DNA of 64,000 nucleotides from a bacterium (lineage in GTDB: Bacteria; Vulcanimicrobiota; Vulcanimicrobiia; Vulcanimicrobiales; SCRA01), in the NCBI GenBank assembly GCA_004298675.1, contig SCRI01000025.1, forward strand, positions 1,332 to 65,331, in the 5' to 3' direction. The position numbers and the translations under genes were made by a program. This document shows, in pieces, positions 19,927 through 29,127 of this stretch. Under the pieces are notes generated by a model, which made no database searches, was not told where the DNA came from, and worked only from the letters and a program-made list of their open reading frames with translations. Numbering within the stretch: position 1 is the first letter of the stretch; each line of letters starts with the position of its first letter.

Positions 19927-22900
19927 GCGGACACTTCCGCGGTGTTGGGCGTATCGTCCGCTACTTCGTCGACTCCAAGCTGACGGCGCTGCTGGTGCTA
20001 GCGGCAACGCTCTTCGGAATCTTCGCCGTATTGGCTACCCCGCGCGAGGAGAATCCGCAGATCACCGCGCCCGCGGCGGTCGTGACGGTCTCCGACCCCG
20101 GTATCGGCCGCGCTCAAATCGAACAGAACGTCACCAAGCCCATCGAGCGCGTCCTGCAAGAGATTCCCGGCGTCGAGCATCTCTATTCGACCTCCAGCGA
20201 AGGGCTGGCCACGGTCATCGTGCGCTATTACGTCGGCGAGGACAAAACCCGCTCCTACGTCGATCTGTACAACCAGTTGATGGCCAACCGCGCGGTGCTT
20301 CCGCCGGGTGCCCAGGATCCGGCCGTCACGCCGCTCGATGTCGACGACGTCCCCATCGTCGTACTCACCCTCTCCGGCAGCCGCTACGACGACGTCACGT
20401 TGCGTGCGCTGGCGCACCGCCTCGCGGATGCGGTCCAGCCGGTCCCCGGCGCGAGCGTGATCTCCATGAGCGGCGGGCGCGAACAGGCTGTGGACGTCGC
20501 GCTCGATCCGGCTAAGCTCGCCGGCTATGAAATCTCCCCGCAAGACATCGAGCGGGCACTGGGCGTGACCAACGTGGAGCAGGCGACGGGTTACGTGGCA
20601 GGCGGCGGCCACCGCCTGCTGCTGCACGCGGGTACGCCGCTGAGCACTCCCGCGCAAGTAGCCTCGCAGATCGTCGCCGTTCGCGCAGGCGTGCCGATCG
20701 CGTTGGGGGACGTGGCGGGCATCAAGCTCGCTGCGCCGCCCCTGGAGCACATTACCACGTTTGCCGACCGCGCCAACCCGCAGCCGGCGACGGCCATCAG
20801 CGTTGCCGTCGCCAAGAAACGGGGCAGCAATGCCGTGACGGTAGCGCGCGGCGTGCTGGCGGCCGCACGGGGCGTGGAGCTGCCGCCGGGTATCGCGCTC
20901 AGCGTCACGCGTGACGATGGCGCCAAGGCCAACGCCGCGGTCAACGAGCTGATTCGCCGGCTGTTGGAGGCCATCGTCATCGTGACGCTCCTGCTGCTGG
21001 TGGCGCTAGGCCGGCGTGAAGCGGTGATCGTAGCGATCGCGATCCCGTTGACGCTCTTCATCACGCTGGGCATCGCGCTGCTGGCCCACCAGACGATCAA
21101 CCGTATCACGCTGTTCGCCCTGATCCTGGCGTTGGGTCTGTTAGTCGACGATGCGATCGTGGTCGTGGAGAACATCCATCGCCATCTGCGTGGAGGCTCT
21201 ACCGACGTCAAAGCGACGATTGCCGCCGCCGTCGAGGAGATCGCCAGCCCCACGATCCTGGCGACGATCGCCGTGATCTTCGCGTTCGTTCCGATGGCAT
21301 TCGTCACCGGCATGATGGGCCCGTACATGCGCCCCATCCCCTTCAACGTCCCGGTCGCGATGGTGGTGTCGCTGGTCGTGGCCATCGTGGTCACGCCGTG
21401 GGCCGCGCAGCGCATGCTGGGCACGGGCGCGCACGGCGCGCACCACGGGCGCCGTCCGCAGCGCTGGGAGCCGCTCTACCGGCGTGCCCTGACCGCGCTC
21501 TTGACGCGTCCGCGCGCCCGCGGCATCTTCTTCGTCGCGCTGGCGGCGGCACTGGGCGTGGCGCTGCTGCTGCCGCTGGGTAAGGCCGTGCAGTTCCGCA
21601 TGCTGCCCGACCAAAACGAGAGCACGTTCCTGGTCACGCTCGACGAGCCCGCCGGCACCGACCTACCCACGACCACCCGCGCCGCACAGGCCCTGACCGC
21701 GCGTCTGATGGCCGATCCCAACGTCGCGAACGTGGAGACGTTCGTCGGCCACCACTCCATCCCAGACTTCAACGGACTGCTGCAGGGCGTGATCTTCCGC
21801 GACGCGCCGTGGTACGCCGACCTGCGTGTGAACCTGGTGCCCAAGGATCGGCGCAAGATCGCCTCGGCAGATCTGGTGCGCCAACTGCGCGGGCCGTTGC
21901 AATCGATCGGTGCGGGCTTCGGCGGCCTGGTGAAGATGGTCCAGGAGCCCCCTGGGCCACCGGTGCGCGCCACCGTCATGGCGCGCGTTTTCGGACCCGA
22001 TCCCGAGATCCGCGCTCAGATCGCGCGCGGCTTGCTCCCGCTCTTCCGCCGCGAAGGTGGCGTGGTAGACGTTGATTCAACGCTTCGGGCACAGCCCGTG
22101 CGCGTGCAAGTCTCCGTGGATGCGCGCAAGGCCGCGCTCGCCGGCGTCAGCGCGGCTCAGGTGGCGGAGGATCTTGCGATCGCCTATGGCGGTGCGGTCG
22201 TCAGCACGCTGCACGACACACGCACGCCCGAGCCGGTCTCCATCTACCTGCGTTTCGCGCCGTTCGCACGGGCCGATCTCGGCACGCTGGGCGCAATCGC
22301 CATTCCCACGGCGCACGGCAACGTGCCACTCTCCGCACTGACCACGCTGTCGATGGTCAGCGCTCAACAGCCCTCGTACCGCGAAGACGGCCGGGGCGTG
22401 GACTACGTCACCGCCGAGATGGCCGGGCGCAGCTCGACCTATGCCGTCATCGACATGCTGCTGGCGCGGCTGCACCACCCGCTGCCGGCCGGATACTCCA
22501 TCTCATGGGACGGCGAATGGAAGCTGACGCTGGACGTCTTTCGTGACCTTGGGCGCGCCATGGGTGTGGCCGTCGTGCTGATCTACCTGCTGCTGGTCGC
22601 GCGCTTCCGCTCGTTTTACATTCCAGTCGTCGTCATGGCCGCGATTCCCCTGGGTATCATCGGCGTGATGCCGGGTTTCGCGCTGCTGGCACCACACGGC
22701 GTCTACTTCAGTGCTACCGCGATGATCGGCGTGATCGCACTCTCCGGAATCGTGGTGCGCAACTCGATCGTCTTAGTAGAGTTCATCGAAGACGAACTGC
22801 GCGGCGGCATCGGCCTACACGAAGCCGTGATCCGTGCCGGCACCGTCCGAGCGCGCCCGATTCTACTCACGGCCGCAGCCGGCGTCTTCTCCTCCGCTGT

Positions 22901-23093
22901 CATCGCCGCCGACCCCGTCTGGAGCGGGTTGGCCTGGGCGCTGGTCTTCGGGATGACGGCCAGCGCACTGCTCTCCATCATCGTCGTCCCGCTGTTGTAC
23001 GCACTGGTCGCCAAGACCGATCCCCTCGTTCCCGGCGCGCAGCCCGTGCACGCGCGCAGCGTGGAGCCGGTCACGGCGACCAGCGCATCCTAG
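19923..23093 (+). CDS. RND efflux permease (AcrB/CzcA superfamily)
   Basis: 1056 aa; PREENPQI, ALGLLVDDAIVVVENI, GIVVRNSI and RARPILLT motifs. Confidence 0.95.
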   Translation: MSGHFRGVGRIVRYFVDSKLTALLVLAATLFGIFAVLATPREENPQITAPAAVVTVSDPGIGRAQIEQNVTKPIERVLQEIPGVEHLYSTSSEGLATVIVRYYVGEDKTRSYVDLYNQLMANRAVLPPGAQDPAVTPLDVDDVPIVVLTLSGSRYDDVTLRALAHRLADAVQPVPGASVISMSGGREQAVDVALDPAKLAGYEISPQDIERALGVTNVEQATGYVAGGGHRLLLHAGTPLSTPAQVASQIVAVRAGVPIALGDVAGIKLAAPPLEHITTFADRANPQPATAISVAVAKKRGSNAVTVARGVLAAARGVELPPGIALSVTRDDGAKANAAVNELIRRLLEAIVIVTLLLLVALGRREAVIVAIAIPLTLFITLGIALLAHQTINRITLFALILALGLLVDDAIVVVENIHRHLRGGSTDVKATIAAAVEEIASPTILATIAVIFAFVPMAFVTGMMGPYMRPIPFNVPVAMVVSLVVAIVVTPWAAQRMLGTGAHGAHHGRRPQRWEPLYRRALTALLTRPRARGIFFVALAAALGVALLLPLGKAVQFRMLPDQNESTFLVTLDEPAGTDLPTTTRAAQALTARLMADPNVANVETFVGHHSIPDFNGLLQGVIFRDAPWYADLRVNLVPKDRRKIASADLVRQLRGPLQSIGAGFGGLVKMVQEPPGPPVRATVMARVFGPDPEIRAQIARGLLPLFRREGGVVDVDSTLRAQPVRVQVSVDARKAALAGVSAAQVAEDLAIAYGGAVVSTLHDTRTPEPVSIYLRFAPFARADLGTLGAIAIPTAHGNVPLSALTTLSMVSAQQPSYREDGRGVDYVTAEMAGRSSTYAVIDMLLARLHHPLPAGYSISWDGEWKLTLDVFRDLGRAMGVAVVLIYLLLVARFRSFYIPVVVMAAIPLGIIGVMPGFALLAPHGVYFSATAMIGVIALSGIVVRNSIVLVEFIEDELRGGIGLHEAVIRAGTVRARPILLTAAAGVFSSAVIAADPVWSGLAWALVFGMTASALLSIIVVPLLYALVAKTDPLVPGAQPVHARSVEPVTATSAS

Positions 23094-23118
23094 CCATCAC
23101 TCGAATAAGGAGTCGAAC

Positions 23119-23526
23119 ATGTCCATCACGAGCCTCCGGTACGGCAATGCCGTCACCACCAAACTCTCCTACGCCGACGCCGTCGAGCGCGCCAAGGCCC
23201 TGCTCAAAGACGAGGGCTTCGGCGTTCTCTGCGAGATCGACGTCACCAAGACGCTCAAGGAAAAGATCGGCGCGGAGTTTCGTCCGTACGTGATCCTGGG
23301 TGCCTGCAACCCGCAGTACGCGCACCAGGTGCTCTCCCAGGAGTCGCATGTCGGCTTGCTGCTCCCCTGTAACGTCGTCGTCCAGCAGGGAGCGGAGGGC
23401 ACCGTCGTCTCCGCCGTTGACGCTTCCGCCATGCTCAGCGTGGTTGGAAGGCCGGAGTTGGAGCCGATCGCGCGGGAGGTCAACGCGAGGTTGGGCCGCG
23501 TGCTGGAGCGCATCGCCGCCGCGTAA
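23119..23526 (+). CDS. DUF302 domain protein
   Basis: RBS AAGGAG; GFGVLCEID, ILGACNP and GLLLPCNVVV motifs. Confidence 0.92.
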   Translation: MSITSLRYGNAVTTKLSYADAVERAKALLKDEGFGVLCEIDVTKTLKEKIGAEFRPYVILGACNPQYAHQVLSQESHVGLLLPCNVVVQQGAEGTVVSAVDASAMLSVVGRPELEPIAREVNARLGRVLERIAAA

Positions 23527-23651
23527 ACGTCAAGACTTCTTTACGCCCACTTACGAGTGTGTGACAGCGCTCACGCCGCTCCGTGCCGAAGAGAGGAGGC
23601 GACGGCTCCCCCGGCCGCCGCCTTCAGCTATCTCACCGGGGGAGCTCTATC

Positions 23652-24206
23652 TTGTCTACTTCTTTGCAGGTCGCTTTTGGCAAATTCGTCTCCGTTCGCT
23701 TCGGCGCCGAGGCCTGGTCTAAACTACTTCACGACTCCGCTCTCAACGCGAGCATGGACCTGGCTTCCGCGGGCAATCGCGGCGACGCACTGGCTCTCTT
23801 GCTGATGGCCACGGCGCGCGTTACGAGCGAACAATCCGCGGCCGTGCTTGAAGAGCTCGGAGCTTTTCTCGCAGGTCAGCTGCTGTCGCGGTACCGCGAG
23901 CGCATCGACCCAGCCTGGACGACTATCGATCTCGTGGCGTTCGCCAGCCGCGCGCTTGCGCTTTGGTTCGCGCGCAACGAGACCGCGCATCTACCGGCCA
24001 TGCGCTGCATCCGCACTGGCGAGCGGGCCATGCGGATCGTGTACGCGTCGCGCCGGCGTCTGTGTCCGCTGATTCGCGGCTTGATCTTCGGGGCGGCACA
24101 GCGGCGCGGCGAGACGCTCGTGTGGACGGAAGAGCGTTGTCTGCTCAAGGGCGCGAGCTTCTGCGAGATCCTGGTCGAGTTGCAGGGGCGTGCGCCGGCG
24201 GCGTAG
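23652..24206 (+). CDS. Heme NO-binding (H-NOX)/V4R-like protein, divergent
   Basis: KFV..RFGAEAW N-terminus; YASRR (YxSxR), LC..IRGLI.G and C...GASFC. TTG start at 23652 follows GGGGGAG; start uncertain. Confidence 0.7.
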   Translation: MSTSLQVAFGKFVSVRFGAEAWSKLLHDSALNASMDLASAGNRGDALALLLMATARVTSEQSAAVLEELGAFLAGQLLSRYRERIDPAWTTIDLVAFASRALALWFARNETAHLPAMRCIRTGERAMRIVYASRRRLCPLIRGLIFGAAQRRGETLVWTEERCLLKGASFCEILVELQGRAPAA

Positions 24207-24245
24207 CGCCGCAGGGGATGCGCTACGAGCGCGCAATGGTCTTGC

Positions 24246-25211
24246 ATGCAGACGCGCTTGACCGAGATGCTCGGCATCACCCATCCCATCCTCAATGCCC
24301 CCATGACACCGCAAGCGGGCGGTGTGCTGGCACGCGCGGTCTCTGAAGCGGGCGCGTTCGGCATCGTCGGCCTGAACGAGGACGAGCGGGCGGAGCAGAT
24401 CGCCGAACAGGTCGCACTGATCACGGCTGACGGTTTCAAAAAACCGTTTGGTATCGGCCTCGTCATTTGGGTACTCGAGCGCCGCCCCGATCTGCTGGAC
24501 CTGGCGATCGCGGCCAAGCCCACGCTGGTCAGCATCTCCTTCGGGGACCCCGCGCCCTACGTCGAGCGGCTCCATCGCGCGGGCATCCTCGTCGCCTCGC
24601 AGGTGCAGTCGCGCGACTCCGCCCAGCAGGCTGCGCGGGCCGGAGTTGATGTCGTCGTGGCGCAGGGCACGGAGGCAGGCGGCCACACCGGCGCCGTCGG
24701 GACGCTGCCGCTCTTGCAGATCGTGCTGGATGCCGTCGACGTCCCGGTGGTCGCGGCGGGGGGTATCGCCAGCGGCCGCGGTCTCGCCGCGGTGCTGGCG
24801 GCAGGCGCCGTCGGGGCTTGGATCGGAACGCCGTTCTTGGCGGCGGCGGAGAGCCGCACCCCCGAGCAGGCGCGCGACCGCATCGTGGCCAGCGACGAGA
24901 CCCAGACCGTGCTCACGAGCGTCTTCGATCGCGCGCAGGGGAAGCCGTGGCCCTCGCAGTTCCGCGGGCGCGCGCTGCGCAATCGCTTTACCGAGCAGTG
25001 GCACGGCCGCGAAGAGGAGCTGCTTCAAGCAGCAGGCGCGCTGGACGAGTTCCGCCGCGCCAAAGCCGAGCGCGATTACGGCATCGCCAACGTCTATGCC
25101 GGGCAATCGGTCGGCATGGTATCGACGCGTACGACCGCCCGCGAGATCGTCGAGCGTATCGCTGCAGGTGCGGAGGCACAGTTACGGCGAGCCGCCTCCT
25201 TGGTGCGCTAG
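24246..25211 (+). CDS. Nitronate monooxygenase family flavoprotein
   Basis: HPILNAPM, VAQGTEAGGH, VVAAGGIASGRG, WIGTPFLA and YAGQSVG motifs. Confidence 0.92.
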   Translation: MQTRLTEMLGITHPILNAPMTPQAGGVLARAVSEAGAFGIVGLNEDERAEQIAEQVALITADGFKKPFGIGLVIWVLERRPDLLDLAIAAKPTLVSISFGDPAPYVERLHRAGILVASQVQSRDSAQQAARAGVDVVVAQGTEAGGHTGAVGTLPLLQIVLDAVDVPVVAAGGIASGRGLAAVLAAGAVGAWIGTPFLAAAESRTPEQARDRIVASDETQTVLTSVFDRAQGKPWPSQFRGRALRNRFTEQWHGREEELLQAAGALDEFRRAKAERDYGIANVYAGQSVGMVSTRTTAREIVERIAAGAEAQLRRAASLVR

Positions 25212-25289
25212 CAGCCGTCGATTCAGCGTTTGTTCATCCCAGCGCTCTAGCGTGAAGCGGGTACGAATCGCACCATCGGGAGGTGCTCG

Positions 25290-26489
25290 ATGTCCGCTTC
25301 GACGTCACTGGTGAACGTGCCGATAGGCACCGCAATCCTGTTGGCCCTCGCGTCGTGCTCCGGCTCGGGCGGCATGAGCACCGGCGCCACTCCGGTGGTT
25401 GCCCCCAACGCCATGGTGCCGGCTCCGATGGCCACGGCAGCGCTGCGCACGGCGGCGGATCCGTCGACTCCCGAAGACAACGCAGACGATCCGGTCGACG
25501 GCACCTCGATTCTCAAGCGCCTCAACCATATCACGACGATCGGCTCGACGGTCGATCCGAGTAACGGAGATCAAAATCCGTACGGGCTAGCCGTAGCCTC
25601 CGTCGATGCCGGCGCCATCGAGCCCGGCGATCTCGTGGTCTGCAACTTCAACAATGCCGCCAACGTGCAGGGCACGGGCACCACGATCGTGGCGCTCCAT
25701 CCCAAACCCGGCTCAACGCCGCGGCGGGTAGCGCAAAAGAGTGCGCTCTTGGGCTGCACCGAGGTCGCGCTCGCGCCCAACGGCAACATCTGGGCCTCAG
25801 CCTTCGCCGCCAACGACAACCCCATCGTCGCACCCGACGGTACGCTCCGGACCACGCTGCCGGGCGGACCATGGCACGGCCCGTTCGGGCAAACGTTCGC
25901 ACCGCATCCCGGGAGCTTCGGCAGCGCCGCGTTCTACGAGAGCAATGCGGGTGACGGCACGATCGTACGCATCGGCATCGGCGCCAACTCACACTTCACG
26001 TTCGAAGTGATCGCCAGCGGCTTCGCCGTCAACCACGGCGCCCCCGGCAGCATCCTCGGCCCTTCGGGATTGCAATACGACCGGCGCCACGATCGCCTCT
26101 ACATCGTCGACGGCGCCGACAATACGCTCGTCGCACTGCGCGGCGTCTCGACGATCCCTGCCGGCGGCGTCGTCGTCCACGGTACGTCGTTCAGCGGACC
26201 GTTCGCCAAGCGCGCGCGGCTGATCTTCTCGGGCACACCGCTCAACGGCCCGATTAGTTCGGCCCTGCTGCCCGATGGCCACCTGGTGTTGGGCAACACG
26301 CTCGATTCCAGCGGCTTCAATTTGATGGTGGAGATCGCGCCCAACGGCCGCCTCCTCGACGTCAAGAACGTGGACACCGGCGCGGCTGGGGCGCTCTTCG
26401 GCATGGCCGCGACCGGTCACGACAACGCCGACACCGCGCTCTATTTCAACGACGACAACGACAATACGGTCAAGGAACTCACGCCGTAA
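25290..26489 (+). CDS. Secreted lipoprotein, probable beta-propeller (NHL-like)
   Basis: RBS GGGAGG; lipobox LASC; repeats NPYGLA, GPSGLQYD and GPIS; LYIVDG and LYFNDD. Confidence 0.65.
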   Translation: MSASTSLVNVPIGTAILLALASCSGSGGMSTGATPVVAPNAMVPAPMATAALRTAADPSTPEDNADDPVDGTSILKRLNHITTIGSTVDPSNGDQNPYGLAVASVDAGAIEPGDLVVCNFNNAANVQGTGTTIVALHPKPGSTPRRVAQKSALLGCTEVALAPNGNIWASAFAANDNPIVAPDGTLRTTLPGGPWHGPFGQTFAPHPGSFGSAAFYESNAGDGTIVRIGIGANSHFTFEVIASGFAVNHGAPGSILGPSGLQYDRRHDRLYIVDGADNTLVALRGVSTIPAGGVVVHGTSFSGPFAKRARLIFSGTPLNGPISSALLPDGHLVLGNTLDSSGFNLMVEIAPNGRLLDVKNVDTGAAGALFGMAATGHDNADTALYFNDDNDNTVKELTP

Positions 26490-26544
26490 CGTCCGCAGGC
26501 CTCACGCTCTCAACCGTGAAGTATCGCCCGATCCGCGCCGTCGT

Positions 26545-26634
26545 GGAGGGGTGGCAGAGCGGTTGAATGCAGCGGTCTTGAAAACCGCCGAGCCCGCAAG
26601 GGTTCCGTGAGTTCGAATCTCACCCCCTCCGCCA
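26545..26634 (+). tRNA. tRNA-Ser(TGA)
   Basis: GGAGGGG/CCCCTCC acceptor stem with encoded CCA; anticodon arm GCGGT-CTTGAAA-ACCGC; long variable arm; GTTCGAATC T-loop. Confidence 0.97.
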
Positions 26635-26638
26635 GGAA

Positions 26639-27310
26639 TCAGTCCAGATGTGGGCCCCAGCCTTGGAAGATGGACCGGCAGCGCTCCGCCGTCCGCGACA
26701 GTGAGAGCGTGGGGCGCGACTGATCGAATTGCGCGATCCATTGCTCCGCCAAACGGTCGATCTCGCGCATCTGCGACTCCACTTCGCCGGCCGTGACGTC
26801 GCCGGCAACGACCGGGTATGCCGCCGCTGCATCAAAGAAAACGCGATTCACCCGTACCTGAGTACCGCACAAGAGCTGCAGGGCATACGCCGCGGGCAGT
26901 AGCGCGCCTTGCGGGTCGTTGGATGTCCAAACATAGAGCGTGCGGCGTTCGCGCGAGAGCGCGTCGAGACGTCCGTGCAGCACGTAGCGCCCTCCCGTCG
27001 ACAGCACGCGTTCCAGCGCGAAGGGCTGACAAGCCAGCGTGTCGGATTCGTGGACGCCCTCGTCATGCGCCATCCAGCGCAGCATATTCAGAAGACGCGT
27101 GCGGGCGGCGGCGTCCTCGTCCGTGGAACGCTCCGGGTCGCGCTCCCACGCGCTTTCGAGCACCTGCTCGCCGGCTCGCATCCCGCCGGCTACGCAGGCA
27201 CGCACGGCGGCGTCGAAGGTCTGGACGCGCGCCTCGCGCATGCGCGCCCCGCGCAGATGCGCGAAACTCTCAAGAGACGTGTACGGGATCTCGGTGATGT
27301 GTTCGATCAT
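26639..27310 (-). CDS. Hypothetical protein, possibly a degenerate PD-(D/E)XK nuclease-like fold
   Basis: RBS GGGGGAG. CQPFALE...YVLHGRLD and AAYAL resemble PDDEXK_1 motifs, but there is no (D/E)xK. Confidence 0.5.
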   Translation of the reverse strand: MIEHITEIPYTSLESFAHLRGARMREARVQTFDAAVRACVAGGMRAGEQVLESAWERDPERSTDEDAAARTRLLNMLRWMAHDEGVHESDTLACQPFALERVLSTGGRYVLHGRLDALSRERRTLYVWTSNDPQGALLPAAYALQLLCGTQVRVNRVFFDAAAAYPVVAGDVTAGEVESQMREIDRLAEQWIAQFDQSRPTLSLSRTAERCRSIFQGWGPHLD

Positions 27311-27434
27311 GGCTCCCCCGCGACGTTCGTGCGCCCCGGTACCGCACGTAGACTTGTCTAGGAGAGATGATAGCGAATCCCAATACGCGGCGCATCAGGG
27401 AAAGCACCGAATCTTCCTGCCCGAAATACCTAGG

Positions 27435-28202
27435 TTAGGCGAGAAGTGCCAGCATCTGATCGTGAACCAAGCCGTTGCTTGCCACGATCGCGGCGGCGCC
27501 CAACGCGTACGGCGAGCCGGCACCGTCGCTCACGTGCCCGCCGGCCTCGCGCACGATCAGGCTTCCAGCTGCAACATCCCATGGATGCAGCCCGTACTCC
27601 CAAAATCCGTCAAATGCGCCGCGTGCCACATAGCAGAGATCGAGTGCCGCCGCACCGACGCGGCGCACGGCGTGCGAGCGGTCGCTGAACGCCACGAAGT
27701 TCCCGAGATTGCGGCTCATGCCGGCAGGCCCGGGCTTGAAGCCGGTACACAACAGCGACTCCGAGAGTTGCGCCGTTTCGCTGACGTACAGCGGCGCGCC
27801 ATTGCGTGTTGCACCGCCACCGCGCCTGGCGGCGTAGATCTCATCGAGCGTGGGATTATAGACCACCCCGGCCTCCATGACCCCATCACGCTCGTAGCCG
27901 ATCGACACGCAGAAGAACGGAAAGCCATGCACGAAATTGGTGGTGCCGTCCAGAGGGTCGACGATCCAGCGCTCCGTACCCGTCCCCGGCGTGGCGCCGG
28001 TCTCCTCTCCATAAAACGCCGCCCCCGGCCGCGCGCCCAGCAGCCGCGCCCGCAGCAGCGCCTCGCTCGCGCGGTCGGCCTGCGTCACGAGGTCCGCGCG
28101 CGAGCTCTTGTGACCTAAGTCGAGAGGGCCACCCAGGTAGCCCAAGAGAACGTCCCCCGCGGCGCGCGCCGCTTCGATAGCCAACTCCAGAACGTCGTTC
28201 AC
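27435..28202 (-). CDS. suhB: Inositol monophosphatase family protein SuhB
   Basis: DLVTQAD, GEE, WIVDPLDGTTNF, AALDLCYVA and WDVAAG motifs. Confidence 0.92.
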   Translation of the reverse strand: MNDVLELAIEAARAAGDVLLGYLGGPLDLGHKSSRADLVTQADRASEALLRARLLGARPGAAFYGEETGATPGTGTERWIVDPLDGTTNFVHGFPFFCVSIGYERDGVMEAGVVYNPTLDEIYAARRGGGATRNGAPLYVSETAQLSESLLCTGFKPGPAGMSRNLGNFVAFSDRSHAVRRVGAAALDLCYVARGAFDGFWEYGLHPWDVAAGSLIVREAGGHVSDGAGSPYALGAAAIVASNGLVHDQMLALLA

Positions 28203-28247
28203 AGCGGGCCGCCTTACCAGCCGCCTTCCGGAGGTTCCTCCTCAACG

Positions 28248-28772
28248 ATGGCCGGGATTCCCATTCGAAAGCGTGGCGCGCCGCTGGAGATGTCTCCCGG
28301 ACGACGGATCGCCGTCTTGGTGTTGGAGACGTTTCTCTACATCGTCTGGCTGGGCTCTCTGGCCGGCGTCGCCCTCATCGCCGCGCCGGCGGCGTTTGCC
28401 CACGCACCAGCCGAAGTTGCCGGGGCGATCGTGGGCGCCTCGCTACGCGCGTTGACGGTGGTGGCGTGGATCTGCGGTGGGCTCACGCTCGTCATCTGGC
28501 TGGCGCGCATCCGGCGCGAGGGACGCATGGCGCTCCTGGGCGCGCTGCTGGTCGCGGCCACCGACTACGCCCAGTGGAGCATCGCGCCGCGCATGGACGC
28601 CATCGTTGAAGCCGTGCATGGCCCGCTCGCCTCGCTCCCGCAGGACGACGTCCGCCGCACCACCTTCGACGCTCTGCACCGCCGCAGCACGGGGATTTAC
28701 GGTGCGGTGCTCGTGTTTGGCTTCGCGGCCGCCGCACTCGCGGCGGCACGCCGGCCGGCCGACCGCCGTTGA
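28248..28772 (+). CDS. DUF4149 (TMEM205-like) membrane protein
   Basis: WLG....AAPAAF, AG.IVG, I.P.M and FDALHRRS motifs; four TM segments. Confidence 0.78.
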   Translation: MAGIPIRKRGAPLEMSPGRRIAVLVLETFLYIVWLGSLAGVALIAAPAAFAHAPAEVAGAIVGASLRALTVVAWICGGLTLVIWLARIRREGRMALLGALLVAATDYAQWSIAPRMDAIVEAVHGPLASLPQDDVRRTTFDALHRRSTGIYGAVLVFGFAAAALAAARRPADRR

Positions 28773-28798
28773 CTTCTCCGCAAGTCACCGGCTAGAAT
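28769..28798 (+). promoter_or_regulatory. Sigma70-type promoter for the MgtE-like/NRAMP unit
   Basis: TTGACT 28769-28774, 18 nt, TAGAAT 28793-28798; about 320 nt upstream of the MgtE-like ATG. Confidence 0.6.
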
Positions 28799-28947
28799 GG
28801 TGTGGCTCATTTTCGGCGCGCAAACGCGCCCAGCGAAGGGAGGTGACGTGCTCTCGATGACCAGCGACGGCTCAAGTAGATGCTCCTGCTTCTACGAACC
28901 CGCGATTGCGGATGACCCTCTACCGACGATTCCGGAGGTGTACTCCC

Positions 28948-29127
28948 ATGACAGCGATGTTCGGGCTCCTGCGCCGCTGGGTTGCGAGGCGCGCCGACCT
29001 GTCCTTTTCGCAACCGGTCGATGCAGCGGCGTTGCGCTGCGTCTGTTCGCGCTTCCATAGCCTGTATCTCCGCCCCGGATACCGCGAGCTTGTCCGCCCC
29101 GCACGGGACAAGGCGGAGCGGCCATGA
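28948..29127 (+). CDS. Putative 59-aa leader ORF coupled to the MgtE-like gene
   Basis: GGAGGTG 28934-28940, 7 nt before the ATG; its stop overlaps the next start (ATGA). Confidence 0.45.
   Translation: MTAMFGLLRRWVARRADLSFSQPVDAAALRCVCSRFHSLYLRPGYRELVRPARDKAERP

Noticed and set aside
26545-26700. tRNA-Ser as an active integration site
   Set aside because: No integrase nearby and no duplicated tRNA 3' end noticed in the window.
28800-29123. M-box (ykoK) or yybP-ykoY riboswitch
   Set aside because: I could not match the consensus motifs by eye, so it is reported only as an unknown leader pending an Rfam scan.
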